Shown: piece by piece, positions 63,937-64,000 of the stretch
Layout of the letters: every line of letters starts with the position of its first letter
Position numbering within the stretch: position 1 is the first letter of the stretch
IMG/VR virus record: IMGVR_UViG_3300043773_000401
Location: 1 to 64,000 of that record
Strand: one strand, 5' to 3'
DNA: 64,000 bases
From: a virus
Program-made: the position numbers and the translations under genes
Notes under the pieces: model-generated
Told to the model about the DNA's origin: nothing
Seen by the model: only the letters and a program-made list of their open reading frames with translations
Database searches by the model: none

Positions 63937-64000
63937 TTACTTATTTAAGTATTGGTTTATATCATATGAAACATTCTTATTATTTCTAAGAGCCATCTTA
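63937..64000 (-). CDS. 3' end of an upstream structural-operon gene (partial)
   Basis: Open frame ...KMALRNNKNVSYDINQYLNK* ending 2 nt before ATG 63934. Confidence 0.55.
   Translation of the reverse strand, partial: KMALRNNKNVSYDINQYLNK

Noticed and set aside
1-64000. Stop-codon reassignment as in some crAss-like phages
   Set aside because: Long genes are intact in code 11, and TAA, TAG and TGA all end tightly packed ORFs

Overview
AT-rich, CpG-poor 64-kb segment of a crAss-like (Crassvirales-type) Bacteroidota phage genome read in standard code 11. A + strand early/middle block (2.9-38 kb) starts with an array of single-gene promoter-gene-terminator cassettes sharing the motif AAACCCTTTTG. 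It continues with small accessory genes, an SF2 helicase, ClpS, RNase H, an AlkB-like oxygenase, a tRNA-like RNA with an HNH insert, UDG, DnaB, an AAA recombinase, primase, a MoxR-AAA/vWA-peptidase cluster, a PD-(D/E)XK nuclease, PolB and a dNMP kinase. The - strand carries a tail-fibre-like gene and a phosphoesterase at the left end, and three giant virion-ejected proteins at the right end, including a virion RNA polymerase (DFDID). Best candidates for undescribed biology: (i) the early cassette array, in which one cassette holds a structured RNA instead of an ORF; (ii) a tRNA-like RNA with a branched variable arm and a duplication-flanked HNH mini-element; (iii) a MoxR/vWA module flanked by three paralogues sharing one helical domain; (iv) a GHKL-ATPase plus zincin cargo inserted in an ejected protein. 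All family calls are from motif recognition by eye; no searches were run.
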